From Eledone cirrhosa (taxonomy: Eukaryota), in assembly GCA_964016885.1 (NCBI GenBank), contig OZ024759.1:8308001-8372000 (forward strand): a stretch of 64,000 bases of DNA, read 5' to 3'. Below are positions 58,967 through 64,000 of this stretch, in pieces; the first letter of the stretch is position 1; every line of letters begins with the position of its first letter. Both the position numbers and the translations under genes were made by a program. The notes under the pieces were generated by a model. The model saw only the letters and a list, made by a program, of their open reading frames with translations, did no database searches and had not been told where the DNA came from.

Positions 58967-61900
58967 GACCAGGTTCAACAGTAGACAGGACTTAGGGCCA
59001 GGTTCAACAGTAGACAGGACTTAGGGCCAGGTTCAACAGTAGACAGGACTTAGAGCCAGGTTCAACAGTAGACAGGACTTAGAGCCAGGTTCAACAGTAG
59101 ACAGGACTTAGGGCCAGGTTCAACAGTAGACAGGACTTAGGGCCAGGTTCAACAGTAGATAGGACTTAGGGCCAGGTTCAACAGTAGACAGGACTTAGGG
59201 CCAGGTTCAACGGTAGACAGGACTTAGGACCAGGTTCAACAGTAGACAGGACTTAGGGCCAGGTTCAACAGTAGACAGGACTTAGGGCCAGGTTCAACAG
59301 TAGACAGGACATAGGGCCAGGTTCAACAGTAGACAGGACTTAGGGCCAGGTTCAACAGTAGACATGACTTAGGGCCAGGTTCAACAGTAGACAGGACTTA
59401 GGGCCAGGTTCAACAGTAGACAGGACTTAGGGCCAGGTTCAACAGTAGACAGGACTTAGAGCCAGGTTCAACAGTAGACAGGACTTAGGGCCAGGTTCAA
59501 CAGTAGACAGGACTTAGAGCCAGGTTCAACAGTAGACAGGACTTAGAGCCAGGTTCAACAGTAGACACGACTTAGGGCCAGGTTCAACAGTAGACAGGAC
59601 TTAGAGCCAGGTTCAACAGTAGACAGGACTTAGGGCCAGGTTCAACAGTAGACAGGACTTAGAGCCAGGTTCAACAGTAGACACGACTTAGGGCCAGGTT
59701 CAACAGTAGACAGGACTTAGAGCCAGGTTCAACAGTAGACAGGACTTAGGGCCAGGTTCAACAGTAGACAGGACTTAGAGCCAGGTTCAACAGTAGACAC
59801 GACTTAGGGCCAGGTTCAACAGTAGACAGGACTTAGAGCCAGGTTCAACAGTAGACAGGACTTAGGGCCAGGTTCAACAGTAGACAGGACTTAGGGCCAG
59901 GTTCAACAGTAGACAGGACTTAGGGCCAGGTTCAACAGTAGACAGGACTTAGGGCCAGGTTCAACAGTAGACAGGACTTAGGGCCAGGTTCAACAGTAGA
60001 CAGGACTTAGAGCCAGGTTCAACAGTAGACAGGACTTAGAGCCAGGTTCAACAGTAGACAGGACTTAGGGCCAGATTCAACAGTAGACAGGACTTAGGGC
60101 CAGGTTCAACAGTAGAGAGGACTTAGAGCCAGGTTCAACAGTAGACAGGACTTAGGGCCAGGTTCAACAGTAGACAGGACTTAGAGCCAGGTTCAACAGT
60201 AGACAGGACTTAGAGCCAGGTTCAACAGTAGACAGGAGTTAGAGCCAGGTTCAACAGTAGACAGGACTTAGAGCCAGGTTCAACAGTAGACAGGACTTAG
60301 GGCCAGATTCAACAGTAGACAGGACTTAGGGCCAGGTTCAACAGTAGAGAGGACTTAGAGCCAGGTTCAACAGTAGACAGGACTTAGGGCCAGGTTCAAC
60401 AGTAGACAGGACTTAGGGCCAGGTTCAACAGTAGACAGGACTTAGAGCCAGGTTCAACAGTAGACAGGACTTAGGGCCAGGTTCAACAGTAGACAGGACT
60501 TAGAGCCAGGTTCAACAGTAGACAGGACTTAGAGCCAGGTTCAACAGTAGACAGGACTTAGAGCCAGGTTCAACAGTAGACAGGACTTAGAGCCAGGTTC
60601 AACAGTAGACAGGACTTAGGGCCAGATTCAACAGTAGACAGGACTTAGGGCCAGGTTCAACAGTAGAGAGGACTTAGAGCCAGGTTCAACAGTAGACAGG
60701 ACTTAGGGCCAGGTTCAACAGTAGACAGGACTTAGGGCCAGGTTCAACAGTAGACAGGACTTAGAGCCAGGTTCAACAGTAGACAGGACTTAGGGCCAGG
60801 TTCAACAGTAGACACGACTTAGGGCCAGGTTCAACAGTAGACAGGACTTAGAGCCAGGTTCAACAGTAGACAGGACTTAGGGCCAGGTTCAACAGTAGAC
60901 AGGACTTAGAGCCAGGTTCAACAGTAGACAGGACTTAGAGCCAGGTTCAACAGTAGACACGACTTAGGGCCAGGTTCAACAGTAGACAGGACTTAGAGCC
61001 AGGTTCAACAGTAGACAGGACTTAGGGCCAGGTTCAACAGTAGACAGGACTTAGAGCCAGGTTCAACAGTAGACACGACTTAGGGCCAGGTTCAACAGTA
61101 GACAGGACTTAGAGCCAGGTTCAACAGTAGACAGGACTTAGGGCCAGGTTCAACAGTAGACAGGACTTAGAGCCAGGTTCAACAGTAGACACGACTTAGG
61201 GCCAGGTTCAACAGTAGACAGGACTTAGAGCCAGGTTCAACAGTAGACAGGACTTAGGGCCAGGTTCAACAGTAGACAGGACTTAGGGCCAGGTTCAACA
61301 GTAGACAGGACTTAGGGCCAGGTTCAACAGTAGACAGGACTTAGAGCCAGGTTCAACAGTAGACAGGACTTAGAGCCAGGTTCAACAGTAGACAGGACTT
61401 AGGGCCAGGTTCAACAGTAGACAGGACTTAGGGCCAGATTCAACAGTAGACAGGACTTAGGGCCAGGTTCAACAGTAGAGAGGACTTAGAGCCAGGTTCA
61501 ACAGTAGACAGGACTTAGGGCCAGGTTCAACAGTAGACAGGACTTAGAGCCAGGTTCAACAGTAGACAGGACTTAGAGCCAGGTTCAACAGTAGACAGGA
61601 CTTAGAGCCAGGTTCAACAGTAGACAGGACTTAGAGCCAGGTTCAACAGTAGACAGGACTTAGGGCCAGATTCAACAGTAGACAGGACTTAGGGCCAGGT
61701 TCAACAGTAGAGAGGACTTAGAGCCAGGTTCAACAGTAGACAGGACTTAGGGCCAGGTTCAACAGTAGACAGGACTTAGAGCCAGGTTCAACAGTAGACA
61801 GGACTTAGGGCCAGGTTCAACAGTAGACACGACTTAGGGCCAGGTTCAACAGTAGACAGGACTTAGAGCCAGGTTCAACAGTAGACAGGACTTAGGGCCA

Positions 61901-64000
61901 TGTTCAACAGTAGACAGGACTTAGAGCCAGGTTCAACAGTAGACACGACTTAGGGCCAGGTTCAACAGTAGACAGGACTTAGGGCCAGGTTCAACAGTAG
62001 ACAGGACTTAGAGCCAGGTTCAACAGTAGACACGACTTAGGGCCAGGTTCAACAGTAGACAGGACTTAGAGCCAGGTTCAACAGTAGACAGGACTTAGGG
62101 CCAGGTTCAACAGTAGACAGGACTTAGAGCCAGGTTCAACAGTAGACACGACTTAGGGCCAGGTTCAACAGTAGACAGGACTTAGGGCCAGGTTCAACAG
62201 TAGACAGGACTTAGGGCCAGGTTCAACAGTAGACAGGACTTAGGGCCAGGTTCAACAGTAGACAGGACTTAGAGCCAGGTTCAACAGTAGACACGACTTA
62301 GGGCCAGGTTCAACAGTAGACAGGACTTAGGGCCAGGTTCAACAGTAGACAGGACTTAGGGCCTGGTTCAACAGTAGACAGGACTTAGAGCCAGGTTCAA
62401 CAGTAGACACGACTTAGAGCCAGGTTCAACAGTAGACACGACTTAGGGCCAGGTTCAACAGTAGACAGGACTTAGAGCCAGGTTCAACAGTAGACACGAC
62501 TTAGGGCCAGGTTCAACAGTAGACACGACTTAGGGCCAGGTTCAACAGTAGACAGGACTTAGGGCCAGGTTCAACAGTAGACACGACTTAGGGCCAGGTT
62601 CAACAGTAGACACGACTTAGGGCCAGGTTCAACAGTAGACAGGACTTAGGGCCAGGTTCAACAGTAGACAGGACTTAGAGCCAGGTTCAACAGTAGACAC
62701 GACTTAGAGCCAGGTTCAACAGTAGACAGGACTTAGGGCCAGGTTCAACAGTAGACAGGACTTAGGGCCAGGTTCAACAGTAGACAGGACTTAGGGCCAG
62801 GTTCAACAGTAGACAAGACTTAGGGCCAGGTTCAACAGTAGACAGGACTTAGGGCCAGGTTCAACAGGAGACAGGACTTAGGGCCAGGTTCAACAGTAGA
62901 CACGACTTAGGGCCAGGTTCAACAGTAGACAGGACTTAGAGCCAGGTTCAACAGTAGACAGGACTTAGAGCCAGGTTCAACAGTAGACAGGACTTAGAGC
63001 CAGGTTCAACAGTAGACAGGACTTAGGGCCAGGTTCAACAGTAGACAGGACTTAGAGCCAGGTTCAACAGTAGACACGACTTAGGGCCAGGTTCAACAGT
63101 AGAGAGGACTTAGGGCCAGGTTCAACAGTAGACAGGACTTAGGGCCAGGTTCAACAGTAGACAGGACTTAGGGCCAGGTTCAACAGTAGACAGGACTTAG
63201 GGCCAGGTTCAACAGTAGACAGGACTTAGGGCCAGGTTCAACGGTAGACAGGACTTAGAGCCAGGTTCAACAGTAGAGAGGACTTAGGGCCAGGTTCAAC
63301 AGTAGACAGGACTTAGGGCCAGGTTCAACAGTAGACAGGACTTAGGGCCAGGTTCAACAGTAGACAGGACTTAGGGCCAGGTTCAACAGTAGACAGGACT
63401 TAGAGCCAGGTTCAACAGTAGACAGGACTTAGAGCCAGGTTCAACAGTAGACACGACTTAGGGCCAGGTTCAACAGTAGAGAGGACTTAGGGCCAGGTTC
63501 AACAGTAGACAGGACTTAGGGCCAGGTTCAACAGTAGACAGGACTTAGGGCCAGGTTCAACAGTAGACAGGACTTAGAGCCAGGTTCAACAGTAGACACG
63601 ACTTAGGGCCAGGTTCAACAGTAGAGAGGACTTAGGGCCAGGTTCAACAGTAGACACGACTTAGGGCCAGGTTCAACAGTAGACAGGACTTAGGGCCAGG
63701 TTCAACAGTAGACAGGACTTAGGGCCAGGTTCAACAGTAGACAGGACTTAGGGCCAGGTTCAACAGTAGACAGGACTTAGAGCCAGGTTCAACAGTAGAC
63801 ACGACTTAGGGCCAGGTTCAACAGTAGAGAGGACTTAGGGCCAGGTTCAACAGTAGACAGGACTTAGGGCCAGGTTCAACAGTAGAGAGGACTTAGGGCC
63901 AGGTTCAACAGTAGACAGGACTTAGGGCCAGGTTCAACAGTAGACAGGACTTAGGGCCAGGTTCAACAGTAGACAGGACTTAGGGCCAGGTTCAACAGTA
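58967..64000. repeat. 29-bp tandem satellite (~173 copies) CCAGGTTCAACAGTAGACAGGACTTAG(G/A)G, runs off window end
   Basis: Period 58981-59010; each unit carries TTAGGG or TTAGAG. Confidence 0.98.

Overview
This is repeat-saturated animal genomic DNA. The SINE families and the (TA)n/(ATAC)n microsatellite load suggest an octopus or other cephalopod (inference). I can support no intact host protein-coding gene: almost all long ORFs in the track are microsatellite or minisatellite artefacts. The window holds six tandem arrays plus a small four-copy one (40, 72, 64, 45, 34, 29 and 85 bp units). It also holds decayed non-LTR retrotransposons of several clades (RTE, CR1/L2-like, CRE, L1/Tx1, R4/Dong-like), many tRNA-derived SINEs, a piggyBac-type MITE and a 200-N gap. 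The main hidden signal is a dense population of short, non-coding, often palindromic elements inserted in (TA)n tracts. They carry minimal type-I hammerhead ribozyme motifs: 16 complete copies at 14 loci folded by eye, plus degenerate ones. This architecture is typical of Penelope-like retroelement pLTRs. Across unrelated families they share unusual features: U·U or C·C mismatches in helix II, a CUGAUCA core variant, AATAAA right after the cleavage site, and a TTGAGT(A/G/T)CT motif about 35-70 nt before the (TA)n end. A second non-coding family inserted in (ATAC)n begins with a partial HDV-ribozyme-like fold. All RNA structures were folded manually and none has been tested.
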